Origin: Gemmatales bacterium
Lineage (GTDB): Bacteria > Planctomycetota > Planctomycetia > Gemmatales > HRBIN36
DNA length: 64,000 bases
Assembly (NCBI GenBank): GCA_041640595.1
Contig: JBEPZY010000003.1
Location: forward strand, 180,773-244,772
Direction of reading: 5' to 3'
A program made the translations under genes and the position numbers. Numbering within the stretch: position 1 is the stretch's first letter; each line of letters opens with the position of its first letter. Shown here in pieces: positions 27,660 to 38,073 of the stretch. The notes beneath the pieces are model-generated. The model saw only the letters and a list, made by a program, of their open reading frames with translations. It was not told where the DNA came from and did no database searches.

Positions 27660-28511
27660 ATGCTCCTCGTCGCGGATATAGGAAATAGCCGGATCAAGTG
27701 GGGTCTGGTCTCCGACGAGCGGTTGACAAGCATCGCTGCCTTACCCTTACCAACCGACTTAGACCTGGCTCAGCGTGCCTGGCAAAAGCAGGCGGAATTG
27801 TGGACTATACCTATGGGATCTCGTTGGGTACTCGCTACCACCAATCCGCCAGCTGCCACTATTTTGCAACGTTGGCTTGAGACTCGCGGTGATTTTGCAT
27901 ACCTGATAAAATCCTCTGCCGATCTGCCCATTCAGCTGGATGTAGATTTCCCGGAACGCGTTGGAGTTGACCGCCTGCTCAACGCGATAGCTGCAAATTA
28001 TCGGATGGGCACTGGGCGACCTAAATATATAGTGGATGCCGGTTCCGCAATTACTCTGGACTGGGTGGACGCTCAAGGAGTGTTCCGTGGCGGTGCCATC
28101 TTACCTGGTTTTCGCCTGATGTCTCAGGCGTTGCATCAATATACTGCCCGGCTGCCGCTGGTGTCGCCCTGTGGAGAATTTCCAGCTTTGCCCGCCCGGC
28201 ATACTGAAGCCGCAATCCAGGCCGGCATACTGGCAGCCATCCTGGGAGCTATTGGCATGTTAAGGCAACGATTCCAGGAGGCCCAAGCGGCGACCGGGAA
28301 ACCAGCTGAGCAGAAAGACGCTTCGTGTTTGCATAGCAGCAAAGCGCTGCCAGAAAACCGGGAAATTGACTTAGTGGCTTTTCTCACCGGTGGAGACGCA
28401 GAATTGCTCTACCCACATCTTGGTAAAGCTTTTGTGCACTGGCCTGAAATGACCTTAGAGGGTCTGCGTCTGGTCGCTTTGCAACACGCTCGGGACTGGC
28501 TACCTGGTTAA
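27660..28511 (+). CDS. coaX: Type III pantothenate kinase
   Basis: 'LVADIGNSRIKWG', 'VGVDR', 'IVDAGSAITLD', 'GGAILPG', 'LTGGDA' and 'LEGL'. Confidence 0.93.
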   Translation: MLLVADIGNSRIKWGLVSDERLTSIAALPLPTDLDLAQRAWQKQAELWTIPMGSRWVLATTNPPAATILQRWLETRGDFAYLIKSSADLPIQLDVDFPERVGVDRLLNAIAANYRMGTGRPKYIVDAGSAITLDWVDAQGVFRGGAILPGFRLMSQALHQYTARLPLVSPCGEFPALPARHTEAAIQAGILAAILGAIGMLRQRFQEAQAATGKPAEQKDASCLHSSKALPENREIDLVAFLTGGDAELLYPHLGKAFVHWPEMTLEGLRLVALQHARDWLPG

Positions 28512-28738
28512 TCTGTGCCACGATGTTAGTCGCTCTAATATGTAAGCATAACCCGCCTCAAATGCGGTGTGAGCAAGCAAACCGCTAAAGCCCTCCTGAG
28601 TCACACCCTGGCTGCATCAAGGTGTTCCACTTAATGGGCCGAATGGGGTCTTCCTTATAATACGATGGAGCATCGGTGAAATTGTATCCGGTAAGCTATG
28701 TCTAGAATCTCCGATTACCGGACGCCAGGCACAAAACA

Positions 28739-29992
28739 ATGCGTGAGCAAACTTGCAAGCAAAATGCCAGCTCGCCACAAATGTCGCGCTCAGATGGCGA
28801 CATCGTAATGGCACGCCTGACACCAGCCGGAACCGCTGCTATCGGAGTAATCGGTCTGGCAGGACACGGGGCTGTCGCACTGATAGCATCGTGCATCCGT
28901 ACCGCTGGTCAGAAGCACCCCTTGCGTGTCCCTAACACTAAGCTTGGCGAGCGACATGGACCCGCGGGCTCTTCTGTGCAGAAAACCGTGTTCGTCGGAT
29001 GGTTCGATGACGGCAGGCAGTCCGATCAAATTGTAGTTGTGGTTCAATCCGGCTATGATCGCGAAATCGTCGAAATCCACTGTCACGGTGGCCCGGCCGT
29101 CATAGACTGGATTATGCAGGTACTCGAAACTAAAGGAGCCAGGCGAGTTGAGGTTCGTGACTGGTTGCGGCTAACTATACCGAATCCGATTAAGCGATCC
29201 GTCCTGGCGAGATTAGGACACGCGGCTACACTCAAGACCGCGGCGATATTACTCGATCAATTCCACGGCGCATGGGAACGTTGCGTCAGGCAAATCCAGG
29301 TACTGCTAGCCGAAAACCGCTGGTCGGAACTAACAGCACTGGTGGCTCGCCTGCGAGGCCTGATACCAGTTGGTAAACATCTATGCCGACCGTTTCTTAT
29401 CGCACTCGCGGGAGCCCCGAACAGTGGGAAGAGCACCCTATTGAATGCTTTATTAGGATATACGCGAGCTATTACTTCGCCACAACCGGGCACGACTCGG
29501 GACGTTGTTACTGCCGAAACAGCATTTAACGGCTGGCCTGTTTGTCTCCTTGACACTGCCGGCTTTCGAGATACCCCCGATCCTCTCGAAGCTGCGGGCA
29601 TCGCAAAAGCAGTGCAAACCTGGAAACAGGCAGACTTAGTGCTTTGGCTCCTGGATGTTTCCGCACCACCGATCCTGCCACCGGCCGAGCTCACTAATTG
29701 TTTATTCGTGCTTAGCAAAATAGATTTGCAACCAGCCTGGCAGGCGGACGACGTTCTGTCCGACCGCAGGGATTATATCGCAGTTTCTGCGAAAACAGGA
29801 GCCGGCCTGGAGGAGCTTATGTGTACCATACTTCACAAACTGTTGCCACAGGTCCCTGAGCCGGGAGAAGCCGTTCCGTTTACCGATGCGCTCTGCGCTA
29901 AGATCGAAAACTTGCATGAAGCTGCGGGTAGGTGTGACTGGGAACAGGTTAGCGTGTTAGCTTCACAATTGCATGACCCGGACCCGGATTGA
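28739..29992 (+). CDS. mnmE: tRNA modification GTPase MnmE/TrmE-like
   Basis: 'TPAGTAAIGVI', 'EIHCHGG', 'GAPNSGKSTLLN', 'PGTTRD', 'DTAGFR' and 'VSAKTGAG'. Start may be 28782. Confidence 0.85.
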   Translation: MREQTCKQNASSPQMSRSDGDIVMARLTPAGTAAIGVIGLAGHGAVALIASCIRTAGQKHPLRVPNTKLGERHGPAGSSVQKTVFVGWFDDGRQSDQIVVVVQSGYDREIVEIHCHGGPAVIDWIMQVLETKGARRVEVRDWLRLTIPNPIKRSVLARLGHAATLKTAAILLDQFHGAWERCVRQIQVLLAENRWSELTALVARLRGLIPVGKHLCRPFLIALAGAPNSGKSTLLNALLGYTRAITSPQPGTTRDVVTAETAFNGWPVCLLDTAGFRDTPDPLEAAGIAKAVQTWKQADLVLWLLDVSAPPILPPAELTNCLFVLSKIDLQPAWQADDVLSDRRDYIAVSAKTGAGLEELMCTILHKLLPQVPEPGEAVPFTDALCAKIENLHEAAGRCDWEQVSVLASQLHDPDPD

Positions 29993-30061
29993 TAAACACA
30001 TCATCCCTCGAACGACCAGCTTTCGGACACACTTGCATGTTAGACAGGCTTAGCAAGCCGA

Positions 30062-30769
30062 TTATGTTCTCACCATACGAAGAGCGCGATGCAATACGTC
30101 CAGGAACATCTCCTTGGTAAGCTTGCCGGTGAATGTGTTTTGTTGACTGGGGTGATAAGAGGCAACAAGACTATATGGTCCAACCTGTGCGGTGTTGCCA
30201 TGCCCGAACTGCGGGAAAGGTCGCATCGCATGTCCTAACTGTGCCAGCGCTCGCAATATACCCTGCCATGCAAACGCGCCCAGGCAAAGTATCACCTCGA
30301 CTTTATTAAGCAGTGCGAGCTCCTCGACTAAATAGGATAAGCAGCGATCGCGTTCCTCGGGCAAAGGGCGATTCTGAGGCGGAGCACAGCGCACCACCGC
30401 AGTGATATAACATTTGCGAAGTTCTAAGCCATCGCCTGGCCCTACGGAAACCGGTTGATTAGCCAGACCCGCTTCGTACAGACAGGAAAACAGGAAATCG
30501 CCAGAACGATCGCCAGTAAAAACTCGACCGGTGCGATTCCCGCCATGGGCTGCAGGGGCCAGACCGCAGATAAGTAATCGAGCGTCTAAGTCGCCGAATC
30601 CGGGCACCGGTTTTGCCCAGTAGGTTTGTCCTTGAAACATCCGGCGTGGCTGTTGGGCCACTTGTTCCCGCCAGGCAACCAGGCGTGGACACGCGCGACA
30701 TTGCGTTATCCGTTTACACAGCGCTTGCCAGTTCGACAGCCTCTGAGCCATGTCTCTTGGTGCCGTCAC
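30062..30769 (-). CDS. Uracil-DNA glycosylase, family 5 (UdgB-type, Fe-S)
   Basis: 'CRACPRL', 'GLAPAAHGGNRTGRVFTGD', 'RCAPPQNRP' and 'YHPSQQNT'. Confidence 0.92.
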   Translation of the reverse strand: MTAPRDMAQRLSNWQALCKRITQCRACPRLVAWREQVAQQPRRMFQGQTYWAKPVPGFGDLDARLLICGLAPAAHGGNRTGRVFTGDRSGDFLFSCLYEAGLANQPVSVGPGDGLELRKCYITAVVRCAPPQNRPLPEERDRCLSYLVEELALLNKVEVILCLGAFAWQGILRALAQLGHAMRPFPQFGHGNTAQVGPYSLVASYHPSQQNTFTGKLTKEMFLDVLHRALRMVRT

Positions 30770-32083
30770 TTATACCTCGGAATCCCGATGTGATCCACTT
30801 ATACCAGGAGAGGCATCCTGCCAGTTAGTCTCGCAATGGGCTAGAGGAGTAGCGCCCTTGATGTGATTGCGCAAAGGTTCCTCTAAGTGCCAGAGTCGCC
30901 AGGCTACGTAAAGGCTCCATAGGTTAAGCAGCGTGGGCACCAGGAAAATATAAACACCTATCCACTGGAATAGTGCGAGTCCTAATAGGGGCATGACTAA
31001 TCCACGCGTACCTTGAAAAACTGAAGAGATGCTCTCGTACAAAGCGGCCCGCTCTCTCCGAAGAGCAAAGTACAGGTTCCCGGTAGTTTGGGCTACCTCC
31101 GAAGCACCAAGAACTATGCCCCGCAGAATAGCACCTGCCCAGGCCAGCATGAGCCATTTTTGCCAGAAACTCAGAAAGAGCGCGAAATAAGCAAAAATAC
31201 CCATCCAGGCAAAAACTACCCGCCCGGCTACAGGCGAGGTACGGTCTATTAGTGCGCCCCACCAGGGAGCTGTCAATGCCCCTAACAATACCGGTAATAC
31301 CTGCACTAGTAACGTCATGTGCACCTGACTTAGTGCGAAAGTTCGATCCAGGAGGTATATCCAAATAGATCGGCTCATCAGGAAACCAGCACCCGTCAGA
31401 AAAATTGTCGCCTGAAACAACCGAAATAAATCATCACGCCGTAGCACTTCGACAATATTTCGTGGCGTGGGCAGCTCACTATATAGTGCTCGGTCCTCCG
31501 GCCGATCGTCAGGGATTTCCAGTCGTTGGTAGAAGAAAAGGCCGATGATACCAATTACGCCAGAGATGGGATAAATAATTGCGTAAAGGTCGGCTTGAAT
31601 ATCCATAAGCCCGGCAGCAATGAGCATAGCGGGTACGGTAACGCTATTCTGTACCAATCGTAGCAGCCCCATGATCCTGCCGCGATGTGTATCAGGATAG
31701 GTATATTTATAGAGGGCAGACACTGCCAAGTTCACCGGCGTTGAAAGGAAGTAGTAGAGAACCATAAGTGCGGTAAACGCCCAGGCATGAGATACCCAGC
31801 TCAGTGCTAAGAATGGAATGCTCCGCAGAATTCCGGAAATCACAACCATCTGTTGCAAGCGAATGCGCCGGGCCCAGGCTGCCCAGAGTGGCTGTAGTAG
31901 TGAGCAGGCAGGCATAGCTGCAACAATTACCGTCACGTGAGTCGCGTTGCCGGACAGGCTACGAACAACCACTAACTGAGAAAGTAAGGCAAGACCGGAT
32001 AACAGCCCGGCGCTAACTGAGTATATTAACTCGCGCACTAAATTGCGCCGAACTGAATGCGGCAGGTCAGTTATTCCCAGCAT
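30770..32083 (-). CDS. MFS-type transporter
   Basis: About 12 hydrophobic segments, 'YPDTHRGRIMG' and 'WGALIDR'. Confidence 0.8.
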   Translation of the reverse strand: MLGITDLPHSVRRNLVRELIYSVSAGLLSGLALLSQLVVVRSLSGNATHVTVIVAAMPACSLLQPLWAAWARRIRLQQMVVISGILRSIPFLALSWVSHAWAFTALMVLYYFLSTPVNLAVSALYKYTYPDTHRGRIMGLLRLVQNSVTVPAMLIAAGLMDIQADLYAIIYPISGVIGIIGLFFYQRLEIPDDRPEDRALYSELPTPRNIVEVLRRDDLFRLFQATIFLTGAGFLMSRSIWIYLLDRTFALSQVHMTLLVQVLPVLLGALTAPWWGALIDRTSPVAGRVVFAWMGIFAYFALFLSFWQKWLMLAWAGAILRGIVLGASEVAQTTGNLYFALRRERAALYESISSVFQGTRGLVMPLLGLALFQWIGVYIFLVPTLLNLWSLYVAWRLWHLEEPLRNHIKGATPLAHCETNWQDASPGISGSHRDSEV

Positions 32084-32262
32084 GGCGGTAGGATCGCATC
32101 TAAGATGAAGCTGCTAGATCATTGGTTGCCGACTTAGTAAGTGCCGGCTTAGCGCATATTCGGAGATGTTCCAGCACAGCTTTTTCCCATAACAAGATGC
32201 CATGACATATCGTCTGCACTGCTGACGCAATCCTTCACACCCTTGATTCATTAAGCAAATGG

Positions 32263-34743
32263 TCAGTCGGAGGGTAATGATAGCTCGGAGGCCGAATTAA
32301 GCTGTTGTTGCGCCTCCTGTATCTTGATTCCCACATTTCGCAATAAGGAAAGAAACTCGTCTTTCGTTTCCGCGCGGATAGCCAGGGCAGTAGGACCCAG
32401 GCGACGAAGTATATAAGGAGAAGTTTCTGACCATTGCAACAGGCCATCTGCTATTGTTTCCGATGGAGTTTCCAATATATAGAGAGGGGCGAACACAAGT
32501 TCGGAATGGCCTGCGGTGAGCAGGAATTGAATGGCAGGAGAAGGACTGCGACCGCAGCGTTTGAGGAACCATTGCTGCCAGCGAAGTGGAGTCCAACCAT
32601 GCTGCCGCGACCGCGTTACGCTGCCGGGTGTAACACGGTACCGGCGAATCTGTGCGACGGAATCGGTTTCTACTAAATCGGCCAATTGCTCCAATTCACA
32701 TCCTAACAATAAATTAGCTTGCTGAAGCTTCACCTCCAGCGTGACGCCGTCATCTAATAATCGAACAACTGGATTTAGAGGCTGTGAGTAGTAGATGTTG
32801 GCAATGATGCGAAAATGCCGGAAGTCCAGGTCGGCAGATTCATCTAACAGGAACAATCGCTCAGAAAGAGCCGTTCCCGGAATGCCACTGGCACAACAAT
32901 CCTGCAAATCCAGCAGCGTGTCAAACTCGAGGAGCGTTGCCTGGGGATATACGGTAATACGTTGCTGCTGCTGAGCCCAGGTAGTTATTAGATGCCGAAC
33001 AGCCTCCGGAATTTCGCGGGTGCTATGCTGTTCTAACCAGGCTAATAATTCTCCAACTGTATAGCCGGCTTGTAACGCGACATGGATACTGGCGCTATCC
33101 ACTTGCAACACCAGGGCGGGATGAGTAGCTTTCCACTGCGCGAATTGAGATAACATAGCAAGCTTAGCAGGCCGGACGGCCGGGCGATAAGCGATGATTT
33201 CGAGGTTTGGCTGGAGTATCAAGCATGGCTGGTTTTCGGGTTCACGCCAAGGTGAATCGAGGCCGAAAACTTGTCTTCCCAGCGGTGATAATCGGAGCAA
33301 CTGATGGGCCTCGTTCCATTGTACCAACCCGAGCAGCCACAGCATACCTAACCATTCCTCAAAGATTTCAACCACTACGCGATCATCAAGGAGTTGGTCC
33401 TCCACTAAATCCTGTCTCTGAGCATGGGTGTCTAATACTGTCTGTCGAAGCGTGTCCATCTTCATGCCATCGGCTTCGGGAGCGGTGACTAAGAGTGCAG
33501 CGGCGGATAAGAGCGGCACAATGAGCATGTGCTCCCGATAAGGGTTCCCGTGATCAAGTGGCACGGGTGAACCTGATTTCGGAAGATACGATAAAAACCA
33601 GGCATTCCATAAGTCTTTCACTAAGTCAACCCAAGGCCGAGCTAATCTATCGGCCAGGCGCTGACATTTAGTCTGACGTTGTCCCGGTTCCTGGACAAGT
33701 ATTCCGAGGATAGATGCCAATTGCCACCAGCGCTGTGCGGATGGGGTTCGTCCGATAGGCGGGGCCGGCAGTTTTCCCAGAACGTCGTAAATACGCTCGG
33801 CATCACGCTTATGCAGCATTCCATCGCTGGTGAAACGCAGAGAACTAGCGCCAGCAGCTTGCCAGATCAGACACAGACCAATCCAGGCGTCTAATCCGTC
33901 CGCCTCACTATACCGAGAAGGAAACGGAATTAGGTCGTTATGAGGCTTGGCAACCTTCTTCCACGCAGCCTCAACTAACATTGGTGGGATGTACACCGTA
34001 TGAGCAAAACGGTCATCGCCGCCAGGGCTTAGGTTCAAAAATAAGGAATTCACGGATGGAACAGATTTCTGAGAGGGCGAAGCTGTCCTGCAAGCATCGG
34101 CGAAAAGAATTTCCGCCAGCTGCTTAGGCAAGGTCGGACCACGCAATAGGCGCAACAGTGCCAGTCTCCGGATTAATTCAGGATATTTCCTGTGATGCCG
34201 CTGAATCCAACCAGCTAAGAAGCGACGGTTCTGCCATACATCCAGAAGTTTAGACAGAGTCGGCTGATCGTTTTCGGAATGCCGCGAACCAGTTTCTTCT
34301 GGCAGCCAGTATTCCAGCACCTGATTAAGGGATTCGGGAGCAACTGAAGTCAGCAGCGTCTCTGTCAGCTCCTCGGCCGGGAGTTTAGCAGCACTGAGAC
34401 AGATCCCAGGTGCTGAACTGGACACGGCCGGTTCTGCGGGGTTTTCAATTTCGTTACGGTTTCCAGGCTGAGATAACTCTACTGCCGAAGATACACTAAG
34501 CAGTTTGGAGACGATGAGTACGGGGTAGCCGTTTTGTTTTAAGGCCTTAATCAATGCGGGAGCCGCATCCTGAGCGATCAGGAGAACTCGATCTGCAAGT
34601 CTGCCAGCAAGATAAGGAGCTAATTTCGGGGATGTGATCAATTCGGTAGCCAGATAAGCATCATCAGTCCGGATAAGACCGACACCGCGGTGCAGGCGAA
34701 CGGGGATGCGGCGTCCAGGTGTTTGGGAGTGCAGTGCGCTCAT
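32263..34743 (-). CDS. Helicase-associated (XPB partner, Helicase_C_3-like) domain protein
   Basis: 'LILQPNLEII...LSQFAQ...SIHVALQAG...WLEQHSTREIPEAV...ITTW', with a second similar repeat. Overlaps the XPB stop codon. Confidence 0.8.
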   Translation of the reverse strand: MSALHSQTPGRRIPVRLHRGVGLIRTDDAYLATELITSPKLAPYLAGRLADRVLLIAQDAAPALIKALKQNGYPVLIVSKLLSVSSAVELSQPGNRNEIENPAEPAVSSSAPGICLSAAKLPAEELTETLLTSVAPESLNQVLEYWLPEETGSRHSENDQPTLSKLLDVWQNRRFLAGWIQRHHRKYPELIRRLALLRLLRGPTLPKQLAEILFADACRTASPSQKSVPSVNSLFLNLSPGGDDRFAHTVYIPPMLVEAAWKKVAKPHNDLIPFPSRYSEADGLDAWIGLCLIWQAAGASSLRFTSDGMLHKRDAERIYDVLGKLPAPPIGRTPSAQRWWQLASILGILVQEPGQRQTKCQRLADRLARPWVDLVKDLWNAWFLSYLPKSGSPVPLDHGNPYREHMLIVPLLSAAALLVTAPEADGMKMDTLRQTVLDTHAQRQDLVEDQLLDDRVVVEIFEEWLGMLWLLGLVQWNEAHQLLRLSPLGRQVFGLDSPWREPENQPCLILQPNLEIIAYRPAVRPAKLAMLSQFAQWKATHPALVLQVDSASIHVALQAGYTVGELLAWLEQHSTREIPEAVRHLITTWAQQQQRITVYPQATLLEFDTLLDLQDCCASGIPGTALSERLFLLDESADLDFRHFRIIANIYYSQPLNPVVRLLDDGVTLEVKLQQANLLLGCELEQLADLVETDSVAQIRRYRVTPGSVTRSRQHGWTPLRWQQWFLKRCGRSPSPAIQFLLTAGHSELVFAPLYILETPSETIADGLLQWSETSPYILRRLGPTALAIRAETKDEFLSLLRNVGIKIQEAQQQLNSASELSLPSD

Positions 34744-36455
34744 GTCCGATCGGAGATCTCTAATATGTTAGTGGTACCTAATAATTCGTCAGCGTCCATA
34801 ATGTGGTAGGTGTATCCCTGCTCAGTAAGGAAAAGCTGGCGATGCTGAGCAAATTCCATTTCCCTGGTATCGCGGGTGACCAGGGTGTAAAAGCGTGCGA
34901 TACCACCGCCCGGTTTGGGGCGAAGAATGCGACCCAGACGCTGAGCCTCTTCCTGGCGAGAACCAAATGTGCCGGAAACCTGAATCAGGACATTAGCGTC
35001 GGGAAGGTCTATAGCAAAGTTACCGACTTTCGAGAGGATCAGTCGCTGGAGGCGTCGTTCGCGGAAGTCCTGATAGAGGCGCTCTCGTTCGGCGGTGGGC
35101 GTGGCTCCGGTGATAAGCGGAATCTGAAACTGGTCGCGAATCTGCTGGAGTTGCCGCAAGTATTGGCCAATGATCAGCACCTGATCACCAGCATGGCGTT
35201 CGAGCAGGTGTGCGATAATGGGAATTTTTGCAGGATTTTCGCTAGCGAGACGGTACTTATGCCGGCGTTCTGCGACCGCGTATTCCAGGCGCAATTCTTC
35301 CGGCAAACGCAGGCGAATTTCACAGCACTGCGCTTCGGCAATCCATCCTTGAGATTCTAATTCGCGCCAGGGAACATCGTATTTCTTAGGGCCTATAAGC
35401 GTAAAGACGTCGGCCTCGCGGCCATCCTCGCGAACTAATGTTGCCGTCAGGCCCAGGCGTCGCCGAGCCTGGATTTGCGCTGTGATGCGGAATACCGGAG
35501 CTGGTAGTAAGTGCACTTCATCATAAATAATCAGGCCCCAATCCTGCTGATCGAAAATGCGGAAATGGGGAAAATCCTCATCTTTTTCGGGGCGATAGGT
35601 GAGGATATTATAGGTGGCCAGTGTCACTGGCCCTAGCTCTTTACTTTCGCCTGTATATTCGGCGATCTGGTCGTCGGTCAGCGTAGTCTTATCAAGTAAT
35701 TCTCTGCGCCACTGTTTGACGGCGGAAATGCTAGTGGTCAAAATCAAGGTCTGTCGTTGTAAGAGGGCCATAACTGCCAGGCCAACTATAGTTTTTCCAG
35801 CACCGCAAGGTAATACGATGACGCCACTGCCTCCACGAACATCGCCGCCAGCGTAAAAGACTTCCGCGGCCTCCTTCTGATACTGCCGTAAATGGAATGT
35901 TAGACCGCTGCGGCAGGTTTCGCGCAAACGAATGTCGAGGAATGCTCCAGGGGTATATCCAGCGAGGTCCTCCGCGGGATAGCCAACCTGGATGAGAGCC
36001 TGTTTAATGACGCCGCGATACTTGGTCGGGACGCGAAACGCTTCCGGCCCGAGTCGTTCGCCTAGATACTGGCGAACACTGGCATGACGAGCCAGTTCCT
36101 CCAGCAATCGGCTGTCGGTGCAGACCAGACGGAGATCAGTTTCGTCTTTTTCGAGGCGTACACGGCCGTACCGGCTCACAATCTCCGGAATATCGCGGAC
36201 TAAGTTGGCGGGCACCGGATATTTGCTGTAACGCCGCAACACTTCCAGCATAGACTCGGCAGTCATTCCGGCAGCGGCAGCATTCCATAGCGATAATTCC
36301 GTGAGCCGGTAGGTGTGGATGTGTTCCGGGCTCTTGACCAGTTCGGCAAACGGGGCCAAAGCATCGCGTGCCTCCGCATACAGCGGATGCTCCACTTCCA
36401 GCAGCAATGTCCGATCGCTTTGTACGACCAGCGGTTTATCCGATCCTGCCCGCAT
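34740..36455 (-). CDS. XPB/Ssl2/Rad25-like DNA repair helicase
   Basis: 'PLVVQSDRTLLLEV', 'SGVIVLPCGAGKT', 'DEVH', 'LGLTATL' and 'GSRQEEAQRLGRILRPK'. Confidence 0.95.
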   Translation of the reverse strand: MRAGSDKPLVVQSDRTLLLEVEHPLYAEARDALAPFAELVKSPEHIHTYRLTELSLWNAAAAGMTAESMLEVLRRYSKYPVPANLVRDIPEIVSRYGRVRLEKDETDLRLVCTDSRLLEELARHASVRQYLGERLGPEAFRVPTKYRGVIKQALIQVGYPAEDLAGYTPGAFLDIRLRETCRSGLTFHLRQYQKEAAEVFYAGGDVRGGSGVIVLPCGAGKTIVGLAVMALLQRQTLILTTSISAVKQWRRELLDKTTLTDDQIAEYTGESKELGPVTLATYNILTYRPEKDEDFPHFRIFDQQDWGLIIYDEVHLLPAPVFRITAQIQARRRLGLTATLVREDGREADVFTLIGPKKYDVPWRELESQGWIAEAQCCEIRLRLPEELRLEYAVAERRHKYRLASENPAKIPIIAHLLERHAGDQVLIIGQYLRQLQQIRDQFQIPLITGATPTAERERLYQDFRERRLQRLILSKVGNFAIDLPDANVLIQVSGTFGSRQEEAQRLGRILRPKPGGGIARFYTLVTRDTREMEFAQHRQLFLTEQGYTYHIMDADELLGTTNILEISDRT

Positions 36456-37027
36456 AGTTACCTCACTGTGAAGCGCTCCAGAAAAGTTTATCTTATTCGC
36501 TTGTGCTGGCTATGCCAGACACGTTTCCGTGGGCGGTTCGACGCGTCCCGGAGTAAACGCACACGGAACCGCTACGATTTTCCCTCTCACGACCACCAAC
36601 GGTCAAGCGTCTCTGCCGGTGGTAGCTGCTTCCGGAGTTCACCAGGTCACGGGCTAAAAACGCACGATTCACGAGTGTGTGAATCTGATGAGCGGCTCGT
36701 CGCTGCCTTGTCACCTTGCGGATTTCGACACCGATCAACGTTTCCCCGAGCACTGTTCCCGCCACAAACCACAACGGCATGGCCGAACAGATGGTCACTT
36801 GGAGATTGCAATATTAGACGGCAATGGTTCGTTGCTTGAGGCCGTGTTACAAGGATGCGGCAACGGTGGCGCTTTCGTTACTCCGGATGTCAAACTAAGT
36901 CCGGACGTGAGACTAAGATGGTTACTTTGGCTATTGCGTTTGCATAGGTGTCGAAGCTTCCCCGGCATACGTGTCAAAGATTGTCCTGGTCCGGATGTTA
37001 GAGCAAGCCGCAACGGTTAGTGGTCAG

Positions 37028-37192
37028 CAAAAAGCGTGTGTCGGGTGGACAACGGGCAGTCACCGCTGTTGCCCCCTGCCTTTTTTCGAATAAGAGAAAA
37101 GCGCGTGGGTCGGGGGGAGAACGAGCAAACGCCGTTGTCGCTTCTGCCTTTCCTTGAATAACAAAAAAGAGCGTGCGTCGGGTGGAGACCCT
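37028..37192. repeat. Degenerate tandem repeat, period 68-69 bp, about 2.4 copies
   Basis: AAAAGCGYGTG.GTCGGGKGGA.AACG.GCA...CG.TGT.GC...TGCCTTT...GAATAA recurs, with TCGGG at 37041, 37110 and 37178. Confidence 0.7.
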
Positions 37193-38073
37193 CCGCACGC
37201 CCCAGCGGGAGGAGACGAACTACCAGCCAGTCTGGTTGCTTCCTTGGAGGTAATAAGCACCGGCACGTCTATTCAGCATGGCCGGTATTGTGGCTGGCTT
37301 ACGCCAACCTCCTATCGTTGAGCTTAGTTTTTCCGAGGCAAGCACTCCCTTATCGGCAGGTAGAGCGCCTGGAGCAAGCCTGGCTTCGATTCTATTTCTC
37401 GCTCAGACCGGTGCTCCTATAATCGCGTGGATCACGCTCGGCTTATGCCTGCTGCCGCGGATGTGCGATTCGGTTTCGAATTGGTCGAGGCGAAGTCGTT
37501 TTATTTTGCGATGAGCTGGACGCTGGCAGTATTCTGGCAAGTTGCTGGAACTAAGCTGGCGTTAGCTCGGTTCGTTGCTGATGGTTGCCAGTTGCCAAAG
37601 CCGAAACTACTATCGGCAGGGGAAGCACTAGTTTTCCAAAAGGATGCTGAGAAATTGTGGTTGGACGAAGGCCTGGCGGAGTTGCAATTGCTGCCATCGT
37701 TGTGGTCGCTAAAGTCGGCGGGTTCGGAAAATGGCAGGATGGCCACGTGGACGCCAGGGACGGATGTCGGCATGAGTGGCCAAGAGCGTTCGCAGTCGGC
37801 GGAATACCACGGCCGGAGGTGGGTTTGAGAGTGTGCGGATCGGCCGAAGGCAAGCGAAGCAGAACCGGTGAACGCGAACGACGTAGGACAGCTGCGTGAG
37901 TTTTCGGGCCGCTTGTGTGCAGGGTGTTTTCACCTAAGATAATGGCACACAACAATACGCGGCAGGCCGGCGATAGGACTACGCTGGAGGCGAAATGTCT
38001 TGTCCCGGTCAGCCTGATACGATTTCGCCCGAAAAGCCGAACCTGTGCAACAAGTCCAGAAACGGATGGAAAT

